Origin: Prorocentrum cordatum
Lineage: Eukaryota
NCBI GenBank assembly: GCA_963575745.1
Contig: CAUYUJ010000004.1
Location: 186,001-250,000 of the forward strand
Direction: 5' to 3'
Length of the DNA stretch: 64,000 nt
Positions within the stretch are counted from its first letter, which is position 1. Every line of letters begins with the position of its first letter. Shown in pieces: positions 53,101 to 64,000 of this stretch. The position numbers and the translations under genes were made by a program. Below the pieces are notes generated by a model that was not told the DNA's origin, did no database searches, and was given only the letters and a program-made list of their open reading frames with translations.

Positions 53101-53560
53101 CGGCAGCGGAGGGATTTGGTGTGGCTGTTGGCACAGAATTCATTGGTCCAGGGAGTTTGGATTCGACGTTCCATACTTGTTTCATGTGTATATATATACA
53201 CATATTGTGTACGGTGCGGTGGTTTTGTTTCCTGCAGAGGAAACGAAAAGTCCCGCAAGCCTTGCACCCCCCCATGAATCGCTCGGAACGGTCCAAGCTC
53301 CTGAGGGGAGAGGTACTAGGGTCCGCCCACAGGCAGCCATTTCACGTTTTTTCGCTTCCCTCCCTCCCTTCCCCCCCTCGCTCTTGCTTCAGCCTCAGCC
53401 ACCGGGGCCCCACCGTTGTGGTTGTGCGTCGCTTGCTCAGAAAATGACCAGGCGCGCAGGTCACCAAGGGCACCGACGAGGAGGAGGAGGAGGAGGAGGA
53501 TGAGGAGGAGGAGGAGGAGCCATATTCACCCCCTCCTTCATGTTTCTGCTCCTGCTCGTC

Positions 53561-54955
53561 CCCGTGGCCAGTTTGGGCTCAAAACGGAGCTTCTCTCCCG
53601 TCCCGACTCCAGAGGTCCGAAGCCGAGGTGGAAGGGCAGCCCTTTTTCCCGAGGCCCCACCACCTCGGTTAGCATTGCGGCCAGGCGGTGGAAGCCCCGC
53701 AGCTATTTCTCCGCTGAGGGCCTACCCTGCACCCTGCACTCTTTTCTGATGGTTTTCATGCTTTTGATAGCGGCGGTGCGCTGGCGGCACGCAGGTACAA
53801 CGTATGCCCCAGGCGTGGCTGCAGCGGCGCGGCGTGGGCGGATCGTGGAGCCAGCCGCTGCGCCGAGTGTGGCACGAAGCGGGCAGACTCCAAGCATCAG
53901 GTTCCCGACCTCCCCCCCCCGCCGCCAAAAGGAGGACGCGAAGGACGATGGCAGAGAGCACTATCCTGGGGCGCGGAACTTGGATTGGAGCAGGCTGATC
54001 GGGGGCGACGTCGTCGGCGGGGCGCAGGTTCTCGAGCTCTTCAAGTGCCAACCTATGCAGAAGCAGCAGCCTCGGATAGACAGCAGGATGTGGAGTATCA
54101 GCCCTCCCCCGTCGACCTGGCGCAGGCTCATGTTCCGTTGTGGACACAGTGGGCGAAGGACCGATCAACGCAGCACGAGGACGCAATCTGGAACCGAAAG
54201 CAGGCGAAGCAGCTCGCGCTGGCGGACGAGGCGCCAGACCAGCAGGCCCAATCGATCAAGGACCAGCTCGCGCAGCCAAAGAGACGTCTCGCCAGTCATC
54301 AGTCCCACATCGACGATGGCAGCCAGCAGATCGATCAGCTGGCGAGCGCGAAGGTCGAGTCCATCACAGAGTACAGAGACTGCATGGAAAACATGCAGTG
54401 TCTGGAAGCACAGCTCAAGATGCCACGCGAGCAGCAGCGCCGGCAATCACCAGCAATGGAACAGGTGTGGATGCCTTCGAGGCGCTCATCTCGTCAATGA
54501 TCCCGGTGCCTTCGCAGGCACTACCACCCGAGCTTGACGTGAGATTGGCAGGGATGGCGACGATCTTGGGTTCGATCAAGTCCAGTCAGGTGGTCAAGCA
54601 AGACGAACAGCAGCGGCAGCAGCTTCAGCGACAACATCCTCAGCTTCCCACGGGAGTGAAAGCACCAGTGGCACCTGCGCCAGGAGGTGAAGTGGAGACG
54701 GCAGCTGGAGGTCAGGCGGTAGCTGCCTGCAGCCCCGGAGGGCTCGACATCCCTGCAGGAGATTTGGGCGACGACGGGGGCGAGCAGACGGCGCAGGCGT
54801 GGAAGAGGGCGGTGGAGGATCTCGAGAGGGTCTCGCGCCCGCTCATGGAGGCAGGCTCGGTCGCGGATGATGCGGCCCAGAGGCTCAAGTCTGCTCGCGA
54901 GGCCATCGTCAGCAGCAAGGCCGAGGTCGACGCGGCAGGTGCACAATGTGGGTGA
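53561..54955 (+). mobile_element. Relic-SL-headed ORF1-like pseudogene (zinc finger + coiled coil)
   Basis: CCCGTGGCCAGTTTGGGCTCAAA resembles a decayed SL. A frame from 53781 reads 'LAARRYNVCPRRGCSGAAWADRGASRCAECGTK', followed by Q/E/K-rich coiled-coil ORFs at 53985-54500 and 54140-54955. Confidence 0.55.
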
Positions 54956-55974
54956 ACAGCACACTCACGGTCAACGGCAGTTGCTGGAAGGTGGCAGCTG
55001 ACCGAGGTGCCCCTCGGCGAGCATGATCGCACCATCTGCGCGCGGTTAAGTTCTGCACCGAGGCCAGCATGGCGCAGGCTGGCCAGTGGTGCGAACGTAG
55101 AGTCTGGACAACAGCATTACAGAACGGCGCATTCAGTTCGACTCAGGCTACTTCGGCAGGGGGCGGTCTGGATTTGGGAATGCGTCAGGTGTTTTTCCCC
55201 GCGGAAGCTTTGGATTTGATGCTTCGGGGACGGATGGCAGGAGTCGTGTTTGAATTGCCTGGGATCGGAGACATCCGCGCTCCAGGGGCGGGTCTTGGGA
55301 TATCCTCGGGTTCATGGACTTGGTATCGCTCGGACGTCTGCATTTTTCGTTCGGCGAGGACCATCGAGGAGCGCCCGTGATCACTTGGCGAGACAGCCAC
55401 GCACGAAACCGAACACAAAGCACAGGGAATGGACGCCCGAGCGATGGCCAGCAGAAGATGCCCCCCTCCTCCCGTCGTCGGCCCGTTGCCGCTCGCATCC
55501 CCGTGGGGCGACGCTTCTGCTCTGCCCGCCTGGCGCGCGCCGCGCCGCCCGCCGACCGGGGCCCGCCTTCGGCCCCGAGGCGCCCGGCGGCGGGTGGAGC
55601 TCCACGGGGGCCGCTTTCGACGCGGCCGCGGCGCCGCCGGCCGCCGGCGCCGCCCAGCTGGCATCGGGGCTCAAGAAGAGACGGGCTCGGTGCAAACGGG
55701 AGTCAGCCAGGGCACAGGATCCTGCAGGATCCTGCGAAGACCCCCTTTGGCTGGCCCGGGTTCGCGAGCCGCTCGTGGCCGCGAGGCGGCCACGCACATT
55801 GGCTGACCCGGGTCTGCGAAGACCTGCGTTGCAGTTTTCTTTTTCTCCCAACCATCCTGTGGTGTTGGGTCCTCGTTTTGAAGAGACGGTGCCCCGCGTT
55901 CCTCCTCCTTCCTCCCGCTGCCCCCTCCCTCCTCCCTCCCCCTTGCCTCTGCCCTCCGCATGTCTCTGTTTCGG

Positions 55975-56752
55975 CACATCCCTCACGCGTTCCGTGGCCT
56001 CATAGGGAGCTCCAGCGAAGGCCCCAGTGGCAGGGTCCGCATGGCGGCCCCGCATTTTGGCGCACCCCTCACACGGTTCGTGGCCCCATAGGGAGCTCCA
56101 CCGAAGGCCCCAGTGGCAGGGTCCGCATGGCGGCCCCGCATTTTGGCGCACCCCTCACACGGTTCGTGGCCCCATAGGGAGCTCCACCGAAGGCCCCAGT
56201 GCAGGGTCCGCATGGCGGCCCCGCATTTTGGCGCACCCCTCACACGGTTCGTGGCCCCATAGGGAGCTCCACCGAAGGCCCCAGTGGCAGGGTCCGCATG
56301 GCGGCCCCGCATTTTGGCCCGCCCTCACACGGTTCGTGGCCCCATAGGGAGCTCCACCGAAGGCCCCAGTGGCAGGGTCCGCATGGCGGCCCCGCATTGG
56401 GGCGCACCCCTCACACGGTTCGTGGCCCCATAGGGAGCTCCACCGAAGGCCCCAGTGGCAGGGCCGCATGGCGGCCCCGCATTTTGGCGCACCCCTCACA
56501 CGGTTCGTGGCCCCATAGGGAGCTCCACCGAAGGCCCCAGTGGCAGGGTCCGCATGGCGGCCCCGCATTTTAGCGCACCCCTCACACGGTTCGTGGCCCC
56601 ATAGGGAGCTCCACCGAAGGCCCCAGTGGCAGGGTCCGGCATGGCGGCCCCGCCCCATATTGGCCGCACCCCTCACACGGTTCGTGAAGCCCAGGGTCAT
56701 AGGCGCACCCCTCACACGTCCACGTGGCCCCATTGCGGGAGCTCCACCGAAG
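55975..56752. repeat. 86-bp tandem satellite, about 9 copies
   Basis: gggagctcca recurs at 56091, 56177 and onward; same family as 19540-19993. Confidence 0.95.
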
Positions 56753-57029
56753 ATGCTGCCCACAATTGCGGTATTAACACTTGCTTATGGTTGGGTCTTT
56801 CGCCAGGCTAATTTTCCTGCATTGCAGTTTTTGGTTTCCTGCTGACCCGGGTCTGGATTGACCGGGGTCAGAAGATCCCCGAGCTGGGCCCCAAGCAGAC
56901 TCAGAGAGTTGCGGATCAGCTTCGCCAGCTCTTGGCCAGGGGCTCGGAAAGCACCGTCGCTGATTTGGCGCGGGCAGTTTTGAAACCCAGGCCGAGGGGC
57001 GCGTCTTCTGAGGTTCGCGCGTGCAGCGG

Positions 57030-59130
57030 TTTTGTCGGGCAGTCATGAAGCGCCGAGTCTCATGGAAGTCGCGCGCGGGCACAGCGCGCCAGCCGAGGAA
57101 TGTCGCGCGGCTGTTTTTCTTTCAGGTCCAGGAGCTGGACGCCGACACTTTCCAGAGTACCTCGATTGCCTCAGCGAACCCCCGCCGGAGTTTCAGGAGT
57201 CCGAGGCCCTCCTTGCCAGCCTCAGCAGCACGTCGCAGTCTCTCAGCGCCGTCGTCTCAGATGTCAGGGCGGGGTTGCTGGAGGTCGATGTCGCTTTGAA
57301 AATGTTGGAGGAAGTTGTAAGCAGCATCGCGAGTTTGATATGTGGGGCCTGGGACAGGCGACATACGAACGAGCCGCAGCAAAGCTTGGATACCCCCTGG
57401 AGGTCCTTGATGTCTGCTCTGTCCGTGGGCTCATACAAGGAGATGATTTGGACAGAAAGGTTCGGATGCAACTCCTGGGAGGTCAAATTCTGATCTTGCC
57501 CTGGTCCGAAATCCGGCTTAATCCGGCTTAATCCCACTTAATCCCGCTTCATCGGGCTTAATCCCGCTTAATCCCGTTAAATTCCGCTTAATCCGAGGCC
57601 CACTCCGGCGTAATAGCTCCCAAATGGGGCTTGATCCTCCTCAATCTTTCCGACGAAAACCTCCCAGCAGTTGCCTCCTAAGAAAGGCCAGATCGACTTT
57701 CATTTGTCTTCTCACGCAGTGCACGCGGGCGCAACCCAGGCTGATCGCTGCAGGATATCCGGATGAATCAGAGTGAGAATTTGGCCACCAGCACGACAAT
57801 TTAAGGCACCGGCTTTTCAGAATGTTTCAAGACCGCTGCAGTCATGGAAGCCTTCACCGAGAGTGAGTTGCAGCGCGCAGCGAATTTGATATACCAATTT
57901 TGCGCCATGGTTTTATAGTGGTTGCCAGACTTTGACACGGGACCTCCTGCTGGACTCGGCTTCGAAAGTGCGGAGTTTGGAGTCGGGGCCCCGACCCGTC
58001 GCCACAGCAAAGGCTTGCGGTGGAATTTTGCACTGACGTCTCGTGCATTAAACCTGGGGGGCGCCGACTATGTAGCCTGGCTGGATGGACTGCTGCGGCC
58101 ATCGATGTGCACGGATATTTGTACGCCTACATGATTGGGAGGGTTGGCAGCCTTTCGCCGTCGACCTCCCCTGCTGCAGAGCACCGCGCGGTGCTCGCTG
58201 CAGGACTCTATGCGTGCCCGACGGCCGAAATCTATGTAGATTGTCAGGGCGTCGTTGATGTGCACGAGATGTTTCGGTCTTCCCGCTCGCATGCTTACGA
58301 CGCATGCTTACGCGTGCTCGGAGGGGCCGCGCTGGCCCCCACCGGGCCCCAGTCTCCGCAAAGCCACGGCCCATGTAGATGCCGCTGCTCTGACCCCTGG
58401 CTCGGACCAGTGGCGGCATGCCAAATGCAATGGCGCTGCGGATCGAATGGCGAAGGTAGCTGCGGCCAGGGCCCCCCAGCCTGGTCAGCACGAGGCAGAA
58501 GCCGCAGAGAAACAGGCAGTAAGCTGTTGAGTAGTTGTTTGAGGTCTGCCTGTGCAGCCCTGCCGTTTTGACCCACGGTGGCCCCGACGGCGCGATGACC
58601 CTCGCCTGCGCAACGAGGCCGCGGTCGTGTCGCTCTGCCGCGCGCACGACTTACGCGCAACCCAGGCTGAGTCGTGCCCGCCCACGACGGGCGCGCTTGC
58701 GTCTTCGAGCGCTCGTGCCACCGTGGGCCTGCGAGCAGCGTGCGGTCCGCCCACAGGGGTGGCGGCGGCTGGGCCCTCCTGAGGTCTGGGCCTTGTGCTC
58801 CGCCTCCTCCGGGCCCCTGCGCTCCCGAGGCCCGGGAACCCGGACGGGCCCACCGGGGACACGCGCTGTGGAGCAGGTGCGTCTGTGCGGCACTGTGCGG
58901 CGTGCAGAGTCAGACGTGGAAGCGAGAGAGTTCCTCGCCAGCAGGTGCAGAGAGTTTGGCCCAGGACACTGATCGCCGGTCTGCGATCACACGACGTCTG
59001 CACTATTTCGGACGTCTAGACGCGAATCTGCCCCCGCGCATTTTGATTTGCCGCCGGTGTGGCTTCTTCAGCGAGTCTGATTCCCGAGTTTTCCAGATGG
59101 ACTGCCCGAGGGCGTGCCAGTGGTAGGGTC
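57030..59130 (+). mobile_element. Fragmentary LINE ORF2: possible RT remnant, clear RNase H, C-terminal zinc-finger remnants
   Basis: RNase H: 'FCTDVSC...AGW...SPAAEHRAV...IYVDCQGVV' and 'RKATAH...CNGAADRMAK'. C-terminal 'LICRRCGFF...CP'. Weak RT-like 'RFENV...AAAKLGYPL' near 57290-57400. Confidence 0.72.
57513..57596. repeat. 10-bp tandem repeat (gcttaatccc/g)
   Basis: About eight units. Confidence 0.85.
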
Positions 59131-59482
59131 CTCCAGTCATAGAGAGCCGCGGAGGGAAGACACCCCAAGGGAAGTGCAGGCTCGCCGTTCATTTTGCGTC
59201 TCCCACCGCCCCTGGCGCAAGCCGTCAGCGAGCGAAGGGGGGGCCCCGCCTAGCAGGGCGGGCAGAGACAATCGAACTCATGATTCAGTCTGCGTGCTGG
59301 TCCTGCTCGTGCTCCTCCCACATCCCTTCATGCTGTCCCCCTCCTTCTCCATCTTTCCCCTCCTCCTCCCTCCTCCATCCTCCCTTCACACTCCCTCCCC
59401 TTCCCTCCCGTCCGTCCTGGAGGAGGGGGCCGCCAGAAGATCGTCCGGGCACCTCGGCGCCGCGCGCGCCCATGCTCTCCAG

Positions 59483-59560
59483 GCCCTCGAGCAGCAGCCG
59501 GACGAGCCTTCCCTGGTGAAGCTGAAGAATGACCTCACGGAGGTCATCGTGCTCACGGAG
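59483..59560 (+). CDS. SMNDC1: SPF30/SMNDC1-like, exon 2 (ALEQQPDEPSLVKLKNDLTEVIVLTE)
   Basis: Acceptor ctctcCAG|G. Matches SPF30 'AL......L.KLK.DL.EVI.LT'. Donor GAG|GATTCT. Confidence 0.85.
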
Positions 59561-59689
59561 GATTCTGAGCCGGGAGGTGCAGGGATGAGGGAGTGGAAGG
59601 AGAGGCAGGAGGGGGATTGAGAAGGAGAAGGTTTTTGCCCCGCGGACAGGGCGAGGCCTGCTGTGCTGAACTCGGTTTGCGTGGGAGGA

Positions 59690-59776
59690 TGATGATGATG
59701 ATGAGGAGGAGGAGGAGCAGGAGGAGGAGGCGGCGACGGCGGCGGCGGCTGCTGCTGGTGCTGCTGCTGCTGGTGG

Positions 59777-59815
<39 letters not shown>

Positions 59816-60045
59816 GGATGATGATGAGGATGATGATGATGATGATCCAGATCATGATGATGCTGATGCTGATGCTGCTGCTGATGGTGATGCTGATGCT
59901 GATGCATATGCTGCTGCTCATGATGATACTGATGATGATGCTGGTGATGATGCTGATGCTGATACGCGTGATGGTGGTGATGATGATGGTGATGCTGCTG
60001 ATAATGCTGCTGGTGCTGCTGATGCTGATGAAGACGACGACGATA

Positions 60046-60114
<69 letters not shown>

Positions 60115-60138
60115 CTGGTGATGATTGCGATGATGATG

Positions 60139-60170
<32 letters not shown>

Positions 60171-60471
60171 GATGACGATGATGACGATGCTGCTGATGAT
60201 GGTAATGGTGATGGTTATGCTGCTGCTGATGATGATGATGACGATGGTGATGGTGATGATGATGATCTTAATGATGTAATGTTGATGATGATGATAGTGA
60301 TGGTTATGGTAATGATAATGCTGATAGTGATGCTGATACTGGTGATGATGCTGATGATGGTGATCGTGATGAGTATGATGATGATGATGATGAGGAGGAG
60401 GAGGAGGATGATGACGTTGATGATGATGATGATGATGATGATGATGTTGATGTTGATGTTGATGTTGATGT

Positions 60472-60512
<41 letters not shown>

Positions 60513-61010
60513 CTGATGATGATGATGATGCTGATGATGCTGATGCTGATGCTGATGCTGATGATGATGATGATGATGATGCTGATGATGATGATGATGA
60601 TGCTGATGACGTTGATGCTGATCGAAGACGACGGCGGCGAACCACCGCCGCCCCCTGCCTGTTGGAATCGCCCATGAGGCCAAACGCCTTGGCCAGCCAG
60701 AGCTCTGCCAAGCTATCGGACCATGTGTCCCCCAGCCGTTGTGGGAACCCTTCGGGGAACACGCGGGGGAGAAAGAAGAAGCGGACGAGAGGGAGGCAAA
60801 ATAGAGAGGAGGATGAGGAAGAGGAGGAGGAGGAGGAGGAGGAGGAGGAGGAGGAGGAGCCGGAGGAGGAGGAGGAGGAGGAGAAGGAGGAGGAGCAGGA
60901 GGAGGAGGAAGAGCAGGAGGAGATGGAGGAGGAGAAGGAGGAGGAGGAGGCGGATGAGGAGGAGGAGGAGGAGGAGGCTGAGCAGGAGGAGGATTCTGCT
61001 ACGAGGATTA
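59690..61010. repeat. GAT/GCT and GAG trinucleotide fields
   Basis: Directly visible, with a short unique island at ~60640-60800. Confidence 0.95.
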
Positions 61011-61112
61011 TGTTGCTGCTAGTCTGATCTGCTACACAATGAGCAAGAGAGCGCAGCCGACGACAACAAGCCTCCCCTACCCCAGGCCGTTCCTAGGCGA
61101 CACAGTTCGGCT

Positions 61113-62290
61113 TTAAAAGCCCTTCGTGAGGCGGGTGCGAACCTGAGCCCTTCTCGACTGATAGCTGACGACGTGGGCCCCCAGCTGTTCCCTCGGCCTG
61201 CCACACAAGCCTTGCACCCACTGCCATGTCGCGCGCAAGCGGATCCCAGCGTTGTATCCTATGAGTGCCTTCTCGCACGAGCTGGCCCCAACAACATTGG
61301 CGCTGATGAGGCGTGCCCCTCGCTTCTCGCAGAGTAGCGCTAGGGGTTGACGTGTGCGGACATCGGGTTCCATCTTCACCTTCCCCATCCCCGGAGTAGC
61401 GACATCGGGCTCTATTGTCGCTTCCCGCTCCTCGCAGCAGGGTGTCGAAGTTAGAGTTGGGCTCCAGCTTCGCCTCCGACTTCTCGCATAGTAGTGGCTG
61501 AAGGCTTTGCTACATTCCTCTTGGGCTCCATCTTCGCATCCAGCTTCCCACATCTCGTCGGATGCAGCTGATGGCGTCGGGCTCGACCTTCGACTTGCCG
61601 CGTCACGCAGCTCGTCGGCTGTAGCTGACGGCGTCGGGCTCGACCTTCGATTGGCGTTCTCGCGTCGGGCTCCAACTTCGCCTCCCGCTTTTCGCAGTGA
61701 GGTGACCACCGCTTCTTGCCCTGATCCCAGCGCAGTAGCTGATGACGTCGGGCTTGTCCTTCAATTCTGGCTCCAGCGTATGGCCTGGCTCCAGCTTGTC
61801 TTGGCCTGATCCCAGCGCCGTAGCTGATGGCGTCGGGCTCGTCCTTCATCGCCAGCGGCCTCCGTCCATCGCGTCGGCTGTAGCTGACGACATCGGGCTC
61901 GACCTTCTGGCTCTCCCTGCTCCGTCGACGTGCCTTGTAGCTGATGTCATCGGGCCCGTCCTTCGGCTTCCCGCAGCGCCCACGCGGGCTGCCGCTGCGT
62001 TCCTTCTGGCTCGCACGAACCGTTCCCAGCACTGTGTCTACCACTGCCGATCTTGGCTCGTCCCTGCTCGCCGCACGAGCCGTTCCCAGCAATGTAGTTG
62101 ATGACGTTGCCGATCTTGGCTGGCCCATGCTCGCCTGGTCTCTCGCACGGACCGCTCCCAGCGATCTGGCTGAGGAGTCCTTGCTGCTCCTGCCTCTTGT
62201 CAGTGATCAACGCCATGGGTGACTGCCACTGCTCGGCCTTTCCACACGCGCGAGCTGGTCCCAGCTCCGTCGCTGATGACGTCGCCACGC
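61113..62290 (-). pseudogene. Degenerate pentatricopeptide repeat (PPR) coding remnant
   Basis: Repeated 'EPDVVSY', 'EPDAISYGAGI', 'NVINY', 'ACGKAEQWQSPMALI', 'SCEK...YNAGI...QW' across frameshifted frames. Confidence 0.75.
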
Positions 62291-63575
62291 GCGGGCTCTC
62301 GGGCGGTGTGTCGGTGGCCTGTGGGTGTTGCCCGCCAGCCGCAACCGCCTGGGAGCTTCCTGCGGGCCTTTTGGATGCCTTTCGGATGCGTTTTGGAAGC
62401 CTCCTTGGGCTGCTTGGGGGCGATTGAGGGCTTCCTGGGGGCCTCTTGGGCCATCTTAGGGCGTTCCTGGCCCGTCTGGCGCTGTCGGAAGCCGGTTTGT
62501 ATGCCTCTCCGAACCGATTTGGGGCCCTTTTGGGGCGTTGAGGCCATATTGGGCGTCTTGGAGGCGTCTGGGGCCGTTTTGAGGACAGTTTTGGAGGCTT
62601 CTTGGGGCGTCAAGGGGTCATCTTGGAGGCTTTTCTGGCAATTTGGTGGTCTCTTGGGCCGTCTTGGGCCGTCGGAAGGCCGAGACGCAGCGAATGCCAA
62701 ATTCTAGACGCTCCGCGTAACCCAACCAGCTGGCAGGCCCAGGCTTGGCTACACCCCTACGCCTTTAAGCTGGTTGCGGCTGCAGCGTACCTCCGCAGCC
62801 CTCGCCTGTTACCCGATGGCAGCAGTACTGACGCTTGGGCAGGCGTGTCCTATCATTGTGGTTCAGACTCGTGAGTGGTTTCGGATTCGCTGGCTGGCCG
62901 GCCCCACCATGGGCAACGGTGTGGATCGTGGAGTGAGCATTCTGTAGGTTCCTGCCTCTTCTGCCCCTGTCTTAGCCGACATCGGTACGGCTGTGGTACC
63001 CGGTACTACCTGCCCGGGATAGGTCGGCCGCGCGGACTGGCGCCGACAGGGCGACTCTCCGCTGCCGAATGAGGGGCATTTTGCTTTTTGCACGTGCACT
63101 TGCATTCATTGCATGTTTTTACTGCAGGTGTGTTGCCTGTTGTAGTAATTAGCCTCGCCTGCCGGCCCAGCCAGTCGACGCCTTCCGCTCCGTGTCCGCC
63201 GCCACGGAGCCGCTAACCAAAAAAAGTAACCCAACCAGCAGAGAGTTTTCTGCTGCCGCTTCTGAGTGCTGGCCCGGCTGGCTCGCGTGGCGCTTAGTAG
63301 CTAATTAGGCTGGCCCGTGCCCCGGACCCCCTTTCGCCGCCTGCCCTCTGCTGCGCGGCCGCGACCAAAAAAGTAACCCAACCAGCCCATCCAGAGACGA
63401 TGCCCAGATGATTTGCCTCGATCAGGGAAGTGGGCAGCGCGCAGATGAAGGGTCCCTTTTGGAGCGCTCTTCGGACACTCTTAGGCGCTCTTGGGGTCGT
63501 TTTGGGGCTCTCTTGGGCCTCCTCCTCCTCCTCCTCCTCCTCCTCCTCCTCCTCCTCCCGCCCTCCATCCCCCAG

Positions 63576-63626
63576 GACCTGGTCAAGTACCAGGCCGCCG
63601 CGCCCGAGGACACCAAGGCTGGCCAG
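63576..63626 (+). CDS. SMNDC1: SPF30/SMNDC1-like, exon 3 (DLVKYQAAAPEDTKAGQ); the gene continues beyond the window
   Basis: Acceptor ccccCAG|G after a pyrimidine tract. Continues '...LTE-DLV' as in SPF30 'LTKDLL'. The donor is either CAG|GCGAG (63626) or AAG|GC (63617). Confidence 0.7.
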
Positions 63627-63764
63627 GCGAGCGCGGCGCCTGCGGCACCCGCGCCCGTCGCCAGCAGCAGCAAACGGGAGAACAGGCCGCCCCGCGACCC
63701 CGGCCGCGCGCGCCGTTCCACTCCGTGCGACTCGTGTACCTCCGCTCTTCTCCGCACCAGCCCG

Positions 63765-63767
63765 ACG

Positions 63768-63847
<80 letters not shown>

Positions 63848-63848
63848 C

Positions 63849-63895
<47 letters not shown>

Positions 63896-64000
63896 CACGA
63901 CGACCACGACGACCAAGACCACGACGGCCACGACCACCACCACCACCACCGCCACCGCCACCACCACCGCCACCACCACCACCACCACCACCACCACCAC
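63765..64000. repeat. (GACCAC)/(GAC)/(CAC) microsatellite
   Basis: Directly visible in the sequence. Confidence 0.95.

Overview
GC-rich, repeat-dominated eukaryotic DNA that looks like a dinoflagellate nuclear genome (Prorocentrum-like). The evidence is one exact and three decayed copies of the 22-nt dinoflagellate spliced leader (SL, DCCGTAGCCATTTTGGCTCAAG), and a host gene with GC-AG and GA-AG introns. Most ORF-track entries are artefacts of microsatellites and high GC. Two host genes are supported: an intact, intronless RPS26 retrocopy headed by a relic SL (14383-14724), and the first three micro-exons of an SPF30/SMNDC1-like gene spread over 16 kb (47465-63626). Mobile DNA comprises an ~8.8 kb frameshifted LINE (ORF1 zinc finger/coiled coil; APE-RT-RNase H-ZnF) that begins exactly at a perfect SL and sits in a (GA)n tract with a candidate target-site duplication; a second decayed LINE on the minus strand; two more SL-headed ORF1-like elements inside the SPF30 intron; a MULE-like transposase relic; a DIRS/Crypton-like tyrosine recombinase relic; a 1.9 kb fold-back element; and a MITE. 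There is also a PPR relic and many satellites. The most interesting signal is an apparent SL-coupled retroposition system, in which trans-spliced LINE RNAs and a host mRNA were reinserted with similar 5' junctions, mostly at purine microsatellites.
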